Shown piece by piece: positions 1 through 12,178 of a DNA stretch of 64,000 nt (positions are counted from its first letter, which is position 1; each line of letters starts with the position of its first letter). A program made the translations under genes and the position numbers. Origin of the DNA: Macrostomum lignano. Lineage: Eukaryota. Below the pieces are notes generated by a model. It was not told the DNA's origin. It searched no databases and worked only from the letters and a program-made list of their open reading frames with translations. The stretch lies in assembly GCA_002269645.1 (NCBI GenBank), contig NIVC01000368.1, forward strand, positions 186,001 to 250,000. Reading direction: 5' to 3'.

Positions 1-135
1 GGTTCCGACCCTAGTAACCATGAAAGAAGGCAAAGGAATTGTCGAAATTATTAACCGCCACCCAGTAGATGTGAATTTAACTAAGACTTCCCTAATTGGC
101 TTAGCCAGACCCATGAAGGCTAAAGACCTGACCTA

Positions 136-3100
136 TTGGCAGACCCCAACTCCCAGCTCCCAACCCCCTGCAAAGTCAACCAAACTCAATGTACTGAAGA
201 TTCCTGGATTAATGAAGTGAGCCTTGGCCCTGAATTATCGAATGAACAGCGTAAAGCAGTCATCGATCTTATGAAAGAAAACCGTGAAGCTTTTTCCCAG
301 AATGAATTAGACATGGGCCTGACACACTTAGTAACCCACGAAATCTCTATCAAAGACCCCACCCCAGTTAGAATCCCAGCTAGACGCATCCCCCCACACT
401 TGCAAAAGCAAGTTGACGCCCAATTAGACGATATGTTAGCCAAAAACCTAATCAGACCCTGCTATTCAACTTACTCCACTCCCCCTAGTAATTGTCCCCA
501 AGAAAGATGGTTCTATCAGAATCGTGAGCGATTTCCGAGTGCTCAACTCAAGAGTTAATTATTACCCCTACCCCCTCCCCAATATTCAAGAGACCTTCTC
601 CCACCTAACTGGTAGCCAATACTTTAGCAGCCTTGATTTAAACTCAGGATACTGGCAAGTCCCCATCAAAGAGGAAGATAAACATCGAACCGCATTCTCC
701 ACCCTAACTAGAGGCCAATTTGAATACCAAGTAATGGCCCAAGGACTTTCCAATGCCCCCGGAACCTTCCAACGCCTAATGAATTTAGTCCTATTAGGAA
801 TCCAACACAAGTTCGCCATGTCTTATATAGACGACATAATAGCCTACTCCCAAACTTTTGCCGAACATTTAGAGCACTTAAGAGAAGTGTTTAAGCGACT
901 AATTGCCGCAGGTCTGAAGTTGAGACCCAAAAAGTGCAATCTGTTCCATCACGAGTTAAAGTACTTAGGACACGTGATTGGCCGACAAGGCATTCAAACA
1001 GACAAGACGAAGATTGAAGCAATCCAAACTTGGCCCCGTCCCAAAGACGTAAAGGAACTCCGCAGTTTTCTTGGCCTATGCAATTATTATTGCCAATTTG
1101 TGAAAAATTATGCCGAAGTGGCTCACCCCCTATTCCAATTGACCCGAAAAGGAGTCCAGAGCTTCCAATCTAAATGGAACAAAGTGCATGACGAAGCCTT
1201 TGAATCCCTGAAGCAGCGAATGATGTCCACTGAAGTGTTAGCCTACCCCGAATATGTCGAAGACGAAAATGTGAAGATGGTGCTCGACACAGATGCCAGT
1301 GACGACAGGATTGGCGCATGCCTTGGCCAAATCCAGAGTGATGGCATAGAGCGACCAATAGCCTATTTTAGTAGAGCAATGAAGGAATCAGAGAAGCGTT
1401 ACCCCATTACACGGAAAGAATTGTTAGCCCTTGTCGACGCTATGAGGCATTTCAGATTTTATCTGATCGGCAAGAAATTCTTAGCCCGAACTGATCATAA
1501 AGCGATAATTTGGCTCATGAGACAAACTGAAGCAACCGGAATCCTAGGAAGATGGATAGAGCGCCTAAATGAATTCAGGTTCGACATTGAACACAGAAGC
1601 GGCGCAAAGCATTCCAATGCCGACGGATTGTCGAGAAGACCAGCTGAGATAGCTGAAGCCCCTGAAGTATCCCCTGAAGCAGCCCCTGAACTTGCTGAAA
1701 CAGCACCTGAAGTTTCTGAAGTCCCTGACGCAGCCAATGAGCCTGCTGAAGCGATCCTTGAAACCCCTGAAGTACCTGAAGCGATTCCTGAAAAAGTTGA
1801 GCCAATCCCTGAGAAAGTTGAGAAATTGACCCCTGTTCCCCTGAGAGATGAGAGTGCTCCCGCTGAAACTAAGGACAACCCCATGTCCCAGTCACCTGAA
1901 GCTCTGACAGAAAGCGAGACCCAGCCTGAATGTCTCGAATCTAGGACAAAGCTAATTGTCTCAGGTAGAGAAGTAGAAGCAGAAAAGGAGACAGGAAAGT
2001 GCGAGAAATTGTTAACTGATTATCTCCCCAGCCCCCTGAAGAAAGAACAAATCAAAGAAGCCCAAGCTGCTGACCCCATCATCAAAGCTCTGTTAGAAGC
2101 CAAGAAACAGAAGTTGAGCCAACTCCCCAAATCACCGGACGTGCCAGACAAGATCAGTAAGCATTATGCACTGATGAAAATCGATAACGAATTATTGACA
2201 ATCACCGAAGACGGAAAGAACAAAGTAGTTTTGCCCCCATCCCTAGACAAAGCAGTCTTTATTGATCTACACTGCAGCCCCCTCGCAGGACACCTAGGAA
2301 GAGATAAGACGCTCCAAAGAATAAGAGAAAGATTTTGGCGACCCGGATTGAGTACCTCAGTTGAGCAATTAATTGCTGAGTGCATCCCCTGTCTCGAGAG
2401 TAAGAAAGGCCACTTTGTGCAAGCTCCTATCCAATCGTTCCCCATTGGCGAAGCTTTCAGCCGCCTGCACATAGACATTATCGGCCCAATCTCAAAAGAA
2501 AGTAAACGAGGTCACAAATATGTTTTAACAGTTGTTGACAGCACAACTAGATATCCCTTTGCTTTTCCCATTAGGAATCAAAAATCAGACACAGTCATTA
2601 AAATACTACTTGAACGAATAGTAGCAGAGTATGGACAGCCAACGTGGATTCACACGGACAATGGAAAAACCTTTGCTAGTAGACAGTTTAAGGCATTTTG
2701 TGAATTATATAATATTCGCCACACCTTCACTACCCCCTATCACGCCCAATCTAACGGATTAGTAGAACGCTTTAATAAGCAAGTTAAATCAATCATCACC
2801 TGCCTGATCAATAAGGATCACGGTGATTGGGATTTACTAATTCCCGCAGCTTTAGTAGCCGTCCGCACCACCCCCAATGCAACAACAGGATTTTCCCCGC
2901 ATTTTCTACTATTTGGAAGAGAAGCTACTCTACCCTTAGACACTCAAATTCGAAGTACAGCAGAGCATGCCGACTATCCCGCCTATATATCCAAACATGC
3001 TGAAAGATTAGAAGAAGCTAGCAAAATCGTTAAGAGGAAATTAGAAAAAGTGACAGAGAAAAGACAGATCGCCGCTGAAACTAATAAACTTCCCCCCAGA

Positions 3101-3817
3101 GTCCCCATAGGCTGCTTAGCATTAATTAACAATCCCCAATTAGACACCGAAGAGTCCCACAAATTTCATCGGAAGAAACGATCAGCATTTAGGGTGATAG
3201 CTCAAATTTCTGAAGTAGTTTTTAAAGTTCAAAAAGAAGAAGATGGAAAATTAGTTGGCAAAGAAATGTTAGTGCACCGAGACAATTTAACGCCCGTGCC
3301 CAATTCAACCACAGAACTTTTTACTAAGGAAAGCCAGAAGAGCGCTCCCGCTCATGTTTCCGCCCCTAACCCCGCTCCTATTCCTATTTCCGCCCCTACT
3401 TTCGCCCCTACCCCCGCTTCAACTGAACCGAAGAAACAACTCCCAATTAAGGAAAGCCACCCCCGCCGGAAAATCCCAGAATTAAATCAGCCCAACTCTA
3501 TTGAATCTGAAGAATCGTCTGACGAAGAAGAAATCAATTGGCGATGCCAACTAAGAGAAGAGAATAATGAAGGAGAAATAGCTGAAGAATGGTCTGAAGC
3601 TCAGACAGAGAATGAAGAGACCGATGAGTCAGAAAACGAAGCATTGAATGAAGAAGACCCTCAACCCTTACCCCCCTCTCTTGTCCCGCGAAATCCCGAG
3701 CCCACGCACACCCACCCCTACAATCTGAGGCGCCCAACCCAAGCCAAACAAAGATGTGACTGCCATCTGAAACGTCTATTGAAAGCCCTCAATTTGTTGC
3801 GCAACCTAGAATTCTAG
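136..3817 (+). CDS. pol: Pol of element A (RT, RNase H, acidic spacer, integrase), frameshifted at the C-run 481-485
   Basis: Motifs LDLNSGYWQV, SYIDDII, LDTDASD, TDHKAI, HSNADGLSR, LHCSPLAGHLG..CIPC, LHIDIIGP, HTDNG, GLVERFN, terminal YNLR. Removing one C at 481-485 restores YSTPLVIVPKKDGSIRIVSDFR. ORF 20..220 is an upstream piece in another frame. Confidence 0.93.
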
Positions 3818-4071
3818 CCCTCTCGCCGTCCCCGATTGCGTGACAAAGCCCAAAATTTAGACAAAGAAAGAATTCATAATGGGCCATGCCAATGTACAAA
3901 TAACCCCTCAAATTATCGATCGTGGAAGAAATGGGAGCCCAAAAGAGACGAAAATTGGGGTGGGCCACGAAAATGAGAAGATCCCAAAACAGAGAGACAG
4001 AAGGACCATAATACTAAACAATCCCAGCTAGATTATATAACAATTCAAGCAACTGTTGTTTTGACAGTGAA

Positions 4072-4235
4072 ATACCGTTCTGGTATATCCGCTCTCAACT
4101 AATATCGTTCTGATATTGTTCCATCTGATATCGTTTTGATATTGTTATCCCGCTTGATATCGTTCTGATATCTCAGCCCTACTCATCGATATCGTTCTGA
4201 TATCCCAATTCTGTTCATCAATATCGTTTTGATAT
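4072..4235 (+). promoter_or_regulatory. Array of six 15-nt hairpin repeats ATATC-GTTYT-GATAT with unique spacers
   Basis: Copies at 4072 (ATACCGTTCTGGTAT), 4102, 4128, 4157, 4189, 4221; spacers 11-17 nt; function unknown. Confidence 0.75.
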
Positions 4236-4257
4236 TCCGGCTACGGCAATCGTTTTG

Positions 4258-5334
4258 ATGGCCAGCGACCAACTGAGAGACGAGTTAAGTCTCAGCGCCA
4301 GCGATGAAGATTTGAGCAGTAGCAGCGACGAGAATGCTCTGCCAGCCCCAGAACGACAGCCAACGCGGCCCAATCCTCCCGGGGCCAGGCCTCGTCCGTC
4401 GTCTGTTGTGAAGATCGCCAACCCGCAAGATCGAGCTCAGCTATTGCAGCAGCAAGCGGAGGCTCCTGTCGAGGTCTCCCCGGAGATGGCGAGACGCCAA
4501 CCCCAAGGCAGTCATGCTGCCGTAGCCCTGCCTCAGAGTGCCGCGCCGAAACCGCATATTGCCCGCCGGCTTGGCAACCATCAGTCGCTAAGATCACGTC
4601 CGAGATCACCAGCTTCGCCGCCAAGAGACCCCAGACCGCGCCCAGCTTCGTCGCCAAGAGACCCCAGACCGCGCCCAGCTTCACCGCCAAGAGACCCCAG
4701 ACCACGCCCAAGATCACCTGTGAGACCGCCTCGAGATCCAGGACCGCCGCAGGACAGACCGCCGTTACGACCCCAGCATCAGGTTATGAACGGGGCGGCC
4801 GCCCCTATTGAGCCTCTGGAAGTGGAAGTTCCGCCACTTATGCAAGAACCCCCGGAAGTCGGGCCACTGCACGAAATTGGCGGTAATTTCAGCACCATTA
4901 TGACCAATATGCCTGAATCGCTCCGTGGCGAGTATCGTCGTCGAGTATCTGAAGTTAAGGCTTATCTAGTTCGAGTCGGGCGTTTCAGGATGGACGGACG
5001 GCCCTTCCCCTCGCGAGAGGATGTGCGGCCCACCGTCCAGGCCTTGCGACGCATGCGGCCCGAGCAGGCCATCGCCGCCTGGAGGCGCGCCGTAGCCTAC
5101 GCGTTGCACGACTTGAACCGAGGTTGGGTCAACAGAGCCCAATTGAGGACCGAAGTGCAGTGGACCGGTGAGGCCTGTGGCTGGCCTTATCCTGGGAACC
5201 TGCCGACTGAAATGATCCGGTACCTGAGGTACCTCAACAGAGCCCAATTGAGGACCGAAGTGCAGTGGACCGGTGAGGCCTGTGGCTGGCCTTATCCTGG
5301 GAACCTGCCGACTGAAATGATCCGGTACCTTTGA
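4258..5334 (+). CDS. Accessory ORF3 of element A (Pro/Arg-rich N half, helical C half), unknown function
   Basis: Open 359-codon frame (ATG at 4258) downstream of pol; putative splice acceptor TTTTTGACAG ending 4067. Confidence 0.7.
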   Translation: MASDQLRDELSLSASDEDLSSSSDENALPAPERQPTRPNPPGARPRPSSVVKIANPQDRAQLLQQQAEAPVEVSPEMARRQPQGSHAAVALPQSAAPKPHIARRLGNHQSLRSRPRSPASPPRDPRPRPASSPRDPRPRPASPPRDPRPRPRSPVRPPRDPGPPQDRPPLRPQHQVMNGAAAPIEPLEVEVPPLMQEPPEVGPLHEIGGNFSTIMTNMPESLRGEYRRRVSEVKAYLVRVGRFRMDGRPFPSREDVRPTVQALRRMRPEQAIAAWRRAVAYALHDLNRGWVNRAQLRTEVQWTGEACGWPYPGNLPTEMIRYLRYLNRAQLRTEVQWTGEACGWPYPGNLPTEMIRYL

Positions 5335-6845
5335 CTCTAGTAGTATAACCTGCTTAATCCATTTTTAAAATTTTTTTTCACTCGTAAACATTGTTCGAAA
5401 AATTTTGTCAGGAAAGCCAATTGTAACAGGCTATTAATATTGTATGAATATTTTGTTTCTTTAATTAGTTTTGTTCTCCAATTAGCCTTATTTGAAATCT
5501 TAACTTTTGCCTTATCGTCTCGAGCATGAAATAGAATGTTACTTACCGCCTTTTTACGAGTTAAATACCGATGCTACTATCTTTAGTAATAATACGTATA
5601 ATAAATGCTTATTTTTCCATAAAATTAGTAACTTTAGCGTATATCTTTAATAAGAATTTTGTAATAAAAGTATTTTGTTTGAATCTGTCAGCCATTTTTA
5701 GCAATGCTACTATAAATACATGCGTGAAAACTTAGTTGAAGAGCAACTTGCGCTACTCGCTATTCAGGCCTAGTGCTGAGTGAACAGTTTGTTCTAAAAA
5801 TAGCCATTGAGTCAGCCTTGTTCATTTAGAGACGTGCAGTCTCCGCCCTCTCTCCTTCCCCAGCAGAACGAGCGTACAGCTCTTCCCTTTTCTCCCCAAT
5901 AAACTTGGTCCCTCTCCTTTCCCCAGTAGAACAAGCGTACAGCCTTTCTCCATGTTCCAGGTCCCTTCAATTTAGATTGGCGCTCCGCCAAATTCTTAGC
6001 CCAAGAAACTATTTGCTCATCCCTCCTCCAATTAGATCATTTAATTAGGCGTAATTCCTTCATATTTATTAGACGCCATACCCTCCATGAAATTATTCCC
6101 TATTAGCTGCAAGACCCTCTATTAGTGCGTAAATTCTCCAGGCAACTCTGATCCATCGCGAAGCCCTTAATTCCCCTCTCCACCTATATTCCCCGGACTG
6201 AGAATAGAAACTGTGTCTTGCCGCTCGGACACTTCACGCCACCAGGAGCAACCCACGGCTTACTCCTGTCAGTAGTAGAATTTGCATCTTTCTTTATTCC
6301 CCAATTAGGTCCCTTGTAATAATCTGATAGAATAGGAGTCAATAATTTCACCCTACCACAGATTTTGGTGTCAGCAATAGGATAATTTCCCTCCCCCAAG
6401 ACCCCTGTAACACAATTAAGAGTAAAAATATAATTGACATTAACAAGTTTCCACAGTTTCAAGTAGTAGGCAAGACAGGACTTCTGGCAAAAAATACCCT
6501 TTGCCCTTATGTAGTGTGAGCATCTTTGCGTGTATTTTGTTGTAAATTGACTGCATTAGTTTCTATATTGTTATTAAATTGTTATTTTGCTTTAGTTTAG
6601 TCATGCGTTTTTTTGTGTACTTTTTCTAGTTGGTTGAAATCTAAAATTGTAAACAGGTTAGAGTTAGACGCCAAATTTGTGACTCAGCGGAGGGTTGAGT
6701 TTGTCTGCGAACCCCAGCTTTGCGCGGTCAGCCAATCAGAACCGGCCTGGACCCTGGCACGCGGCAAGTTTCAATTCTACCCGGCGCCGCGGGCACAGTG
6801 CAAATCGGCTTATCGAGCGGCCGGCCAGACGACCACCACCCGGCT

Positions 6846-6865
6846 TGAGGGGGGGTTTTGAGGGG
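6846..6865 (+). other. Polypurine tract of element A
   Basis: TGAGGGGGGGTTTTGAGGGG ends one base before TGTGA at 6867. Confidence 0.65.
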
Positions 6866-6866
6866 T

Positions 6867-7695
6867 TGTGACTCTGACTATATATGAAAGTGTGTTTTGG
6901 CAATCGGATCTCGCCTTCTTCTCGCCTTTCTTTCCCCGGTTTTGTCTTGTCCAGCTTCCCGGGCGGTGGCCCGATTTCTCCCCTCTTGTCGGTTCGCGCT
7001 TTGAGGCGCCTGAATTCATCACCCCGGTCCGTGTTTTGTTCCCCGCCCAACCGCTTAGTCTTATAGCGGAACGATTCGGCATCCTTGTCTGACGTCGTCG
7101 CTATCAAGCGCGGTTAGATAGAGACTGTCGGATCTGATCAAGTACGCGGCCTCGACCCCGAGGGCCTCAGTGTTACACTGAAGGGCAGTGCCGATAGAAC
7201 TTAGTCGGTACTCCGTTGAACGGTCGGTTCGGCAGGGCTCTCGTTGAGTGTAGATTCTGGGTTGGGCCAGGGGTTAGGAGTCTTCTCCGTGGTCCTGTGT
7301 TCGGTTCTTCTTCTTCTTCTTCAGCGGAGATCTGCTTGCCAGTTGTGTAATCTAATAATTATTATTAACCGTTGTTGTCGTTTTGTCAACTCTAGTTATC
7401 TGCGCCGTTTGTTTGAATCTTGTAACTCAGCTAATCAAATTAAACCGTCAATCAAGTTAGTTATTCTTGAAATAGGATTATCACTCTCTAAATCTTTCGG
7501 TTTGTGTTCCCTCTTGTTCTTTCTTTTCTTGTACTGTACCTGCGGCTATTGGAGAAAGACTGGTAGAACTCGCCGACCGGCGATAGGCGATTAGGATTAA
7601 TAGCTTTAAAATCTCCGAACGCTCCAAGTAGGTTTGTCTAGGGCCTAAATAATTGCTCACCGTGCATGCTATTATCTAATTGCCTATTTATCACA
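6867..7695 (+). repeat. Putative 3' LTR of element A (~830 bp)
   Basis: Starts TGTGA after the PPT and ends TCACA (5-bp inverted termini); 5' LTR not in window to confirm. Confidence 0.6.
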
Positions 7696-7874
7696 CTTAG
7701 ATCAACATCTACTAAAATATATTGACACATAATGTGCTTACATCTAAAATCAGCTATCACCACTCATACCGAAGGATTTTTGGACGGTTAATTCACGATA
7801 TTTCCATTGCAATAATACACAACCAGTCTAGCCTCGCCTCACCTCGCTCTAATTCTCGCGCTAATCGATCCGAT

Positions 7875-9221
7875 CATAGGCGTAGGAACGGGGGGGGCAG
7901 TGGGGCCATGGCCCCCCACTTTTTAAAATGGGGAGCCATTATCTGGCCCCACCACAATTTACATGTAAAATGTAGATTTCTTGCTTATTTTTTGTTTTTG
8001 CTGCTTTGCATAAATGCATTTTGCTGCAGGGCGACAAAAATGAGCGCCTGCAGTTCTAAAATAAGCGCCTTCAGCACCAAAATGAGTGCCTGCAGTGCTA
8101 AAATGAGTGCCTGCGGCGCTAAAATGAGTGCCTGCGGCGCTAAAATGAGTGCCTGCGGCGCTAAAATGAGTGCCTGCGGCGCTAAAATGAGTGCCTGCAG
8201 CGCTAAAATGAGTGCCTGCGGCGCTAAAATGGGTGCCTGCGGCACTTTATAAAATGAGTGCCTGCGGCGCTAAAATGAGTGCCTGCGGCGCTAAAATGAG
8301 TGCCTGCGGCGCTAAAATGAGTGCCTGCGGCGCTAAAATGGGTGCCTGCGGCACTTTATAAAATGAGTGCCTGCGGCGCTAAAATGGGTGCCTGCGGCAC
8401 TTTATAAAATGAGTGCCTGCGGCGCTAAAATGAGTGCCTGCGGCGCTAAAATGAGTGCCTGCGGCGCTAAAATGAGTGCCTGCAGCGCTAAAATGAGTGC
8501 CTGCGGCGCTAAAATGAGTGCCTGCGGCACTTTATAAAATGAGTGCCTGCGGCGCTAAAATGAGTGCCTGCGGCGCTAAAATGAGTGCCTGCGGCGCTAA
8601 AATGAGTGCCTGCGGCGCTAAAATGGGTGCCTGCGGCACTTTATAAAATGAGTGCCTGCGGCGCTAAAATGGGTGCCTGCGGCACTTTATAAAATGAGTG
8701 CCTGCGGCGCTAAAATGAGTGCCTGCGGCGCTAAAATGAGTGCCTGCGGCGCTAAAATGAGTGCCTGCGGCGCTAAAATGAGTGCCTGCGGCGCTAAAAT
8801 GGGTGCCTGCGGCACTTTATAAAATGAGTGCCTGCGGCGCTAAAATGGGTGCCTGCGGCACTTTATAAAATGAGTGCCTGCGGCGCTAAAATGAGTGCCT
8901 GCGGCGCTAAAATGAGTGCCTGCGGCGCTAAAATGAGTGCCTGCGGCGCTAAAATGAGTGCCTGCGGCGCTAAAATGGGTGCCTGCGGCACTTTATAAAA
9001 TGAGTGCCTGCGGCGCTAAAATGGGTGCCTGCGGCACTTTATAAAATGAGTGCCTGCGGCGCTAAAATGGGTGCCTGCGGCACTTTATAAAATGAGTGCT
9101 GACAATACGGATTCTGAAAATAATCGGTACATGATAATGTACATTTTTAGTCATCATATTCATATTAAAAAAATCACTGAACCTGCCCCCCCCCACTTTT
9201 TGAAACGTTCCTACGCCTATG
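7875..9221. mobile_element. hAT-like non-autonomous element (MITE) inflated by an internal minisatellite
   Basis: TIR CATAGGCGTAGGAACG / CGTTCCTACGCCTATG; 8-bp TSD GATCCGAT / GATACGAT (7 of 8 match). Confidence 0.85.
8037..9110. repeat. Minisatellite, 21-bp unit AAAATGAGTGCCTGCGGCGCT plus 24-bp variant ending CACTTTAT
   Basis: About 45-50 tandem units visible. Confidence 0.97.
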
Positions 9222-9863
9222 GATACGATAATGGCCTCCAAAGCTAAGCAGTCCAGCAAAATTCTTAACACTATTAAAAAATTAGTACTAAAGACGTTGC
9301 AAGCGCAGTAATCGCCATCTCGACAATATTTGAGGATGAACAAGCCAACTTATTGAAGAGCAATCTTCTAAAAAAGTAAGATCCGAGGAGGTCAAGCGCG
9401 TGGATATAGTGAGAATGAAAGACGGTTGAAGGAAAGCATGCGCAACATAAAGAATGAGGAAATTGTAATCAAGACGAGTTAAGACTGCTTATTATTTTTA
9501 CTATAGCTTGTTATTGAAGCATATTGACAAAAGTCTTTATAATTCTTGACTTGGTGATTTAAAACGTGATTATGGATAGATTTGACATTGAAATTATAGA
9601 TAGATTAGATATTTATGCAAGCAAACCGTTGACATCATTCACATTATGATTGCATATATATTATTTATTTTAAAATTTTACAACGCCAGAGACTTGTGCA
9701 CAGCCAATGTGGTAGACGATGAGAAAGGAATGCGTTTGCAATTCAACACGCAGGACTTAAAATTTGATCAGTTTTCGTTCTATTATTGTGTTTTAATATC
9801 AGATCCATTTAACGTCGTGAGGCAGGTTTCATTTTAAACAATTTCGCTGCTTAGTAACGTATT

Positions 9864-11333
9864 TGTGATGGGTTTCGGCCTTTTCGGCCCTTTTCGGGAA
9901 GCCTTCGGGCCTCAAGTCTCAGAAATAAATCAATTAGAGACCTGGCCCCCCACTCCTGTCAGATGGTCAGCCCCATGGTAGCTTGATCGTGTGGCGAGCA
10001 GTCTAGGTCCTATAGCTAAGAGAGGGACAGCGAGAGACAAGCAGGGAGGATTTTGAAGGTAGAGATCAGCTAATCCGCAGATTAACTAACCCGCTGCCAC
10101 CAGCCCGTGCGTTCTGGCTCACCACACCGGAACTTTCGAAATCGGGCTTCCGACTAGAAGGGACTTTGCACTTACCTGCCAACTAGTGTCTTTTTGCTGT
10201 CAATCTCGAAGTCATAGCCGATGGTAAGGGACACTGCTGGGACTTGATCGCATTGGCCATGCAGGTACAGAGGGGACTTGTGCAGGGGATTCTTGCAGTG
10301 GCGAGACTATGGGGTAGCTACATGTACCATTACATTGCTAAATACGAGGAATGTATTTATGGCCTTCAACGCGCCAACTAGCCTCTCATAGCGCTGATGA
10401 TAGACTAACTCAAACATCAGAGACCGCGTGATTCATTATCCGAGCCGCTTGGCTAACCTAGAGTGCACAAAGTAGCTCGTACATCTCTGGCGCCGATTCT
10501 GCACTCCTGGCAGCTTCGCTAACTGATTTGATAGATTGATCGACTGAGAACTGCCTTGCCATTGGTCCACTGTTACCGGCGCCTACTAGCTTAGCTACTC
10601 ATCTGAGCCATCGGCAAACAAAGAAACAAAACCGATAAAAATAACTGTCAGATTTAACCTTCTCCTTAAATCACTTCACACTTCAGATTGAATTGGAGTT
10701 TCAGACTACTAGCAGTATTATTAAGTGATTTCTGCCTCAATAACAGCACTGCTGAACAAAATGAGCAAAAGTGTGCGCCTAATCCAGCTACTGAAACAGG
10801 GGACAGATAAGGAATCACCCAATCAAGCAAGTCTAGGTATCCTCTCACCCAACCAATCAGAAACTCAACAGCCGGAGACCAGGTAATCCACAGTGACCGA
10901 ATCGGCTTAGGCCCGGGATGATGCTGATGTCACAATCTTCGCAGATAGCTAGCAGGTGATGATCTTAACCTTGATGTTTGCTGCTGACGACCGGGGCGAT
11001 TCGTCCTTGATGATGATGGGGGAAGTCGCGATCCGGGGATCAAGAGACGACGGTCGAGCTCCGAGAACCAATAGTTGCGTACTGGGCCCGAGCAATTTGA
11101 GGTCCGAGCGGGCCAAAAACACTTGCTTAAATAGCCGCCAACTGGACCGCAATTTGTTATAATGGAACACCTCGACGCTGATTGGCTGAGCCGATTTGTT
11201 ATAACTGACGTCGAATTTTCTGATTGGGTGAGCTTTTTGCTACCCAAACTCAGATGACCAGAAGATCCTATCAGTTCCCTCGGGGCCATAAAAATACGCC
11301 AGGTGCAGTCATAAATCACTCAAAATCGCAACA
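9864..11333 (-). mobile_element. Possible solo LTR or retroelement 5' region
   Basis: GC-balanced island in AT-rich flanks; minus-strand CCAATCAG boxes and TATTTAA; TG..CA candidate ends but no TSD found. Confidence 0.3.
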
Positions 11334-12178
11334 AAATGATTTATGACTTTTTGCGTAGGATTGACAGAAATTAATGAAAAAATATACATTAGAAAGCTCT
11401 TATTAAATAGAAAGTGAAGATAATGAAGAGAAATTGCTAATCGCTAATCCCAAGGTACTTTTAGGGGTAAAACGCATAGCTGTCAAGGCTGTCACACGCT
11501 TGAGTGAACACGAACAATAGGTCCTGACCTCATAAATCTGATAGCCTGTCAAAATGATGAGAAAAAAGCTGCCTCCCGCATCCTCTCAGACCATCTGGCG
11601 CCAGCCTCAACACTGAGTGAGGCGCAGGTGACTGTCAGACATGCTCAAAAACAATGATTTGACCCCAATAAAGTAGCGAAAACCGCTCCTACGTTATAAT
11701 GACTTCAAGTATGGCAAAATCATATAGCTACACAAATCCTACTAGTATGAATTCTATGAAAATTTCATAAAAATAATAAAAATGCCCGTACCCTGCTGTT
11801 AGTAGGCTAACAAGTTTGGAACCCATGTGCGAGCGTGAGATTTGGAAAAAAGTGGGTCCTCATTAGATGTGTGAATCAGCTGGTTCTTTAGAAAAATTAA
11901 CAATTGACAATTTATAGATCGATTAGTTTAATGCGGCAAAACAAATGTGATTGGCAGACTATACCAAACTAATTCTGTACTCAACAAAATTAATTTTTGG
12001 TTCCCCTATTCCGCTGTACTTAAAGCGACTGCATGGCGGCCGGATACATGATTTTTTCTTGACCTGCACTGCGAGGTCTCCGATTCAGTGCCTCTGATCC
12101 TCAGGTCTCTCTGACTGTCTGTTTTGGTAATTCTCGATCCAATAGCTTCCTAGTTGCCTGGTTCAGATCGCAACTAGG

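Larger units (their letters stand above)
1..7695 (+). mobile_element. Ty3/gypsy LTR retrotransposon A (5' part outside the window): pol, extra 3' ORF, long 3' UTR, PPT, 3' LTR
   Basis: RT-RNaseH-integrase order in ORF 524..3817; G-rich PPT at 6846-6865 followed by a TGTGA...TCACA bounded segment. Confidence 0.9.

Noticed and set aside
1495-2478. Minus-strand ORFs within pol A (and similar ones within pol B)
   Set aside because: Antisense shadows of long coding frames with no independent motifs
4072-4235. CRISPR array interpretation of the palindromic repeat-spacer pattern
   Set aside because: Repeats (15 nt) and spacers (11-17 nt) are too short, there are no cas genes, and the context is a eukaryotic retroelement; kept as a hairpin array
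6900-7250. Hammerhead or other self-cleaving ribozyme in LTR A (also looked at 36100-37700 and 10390)
   Set aside because: No CUGANGA with a properly placed GAAA and flanking stems found by eye; a covariance search would be needed to exclude it
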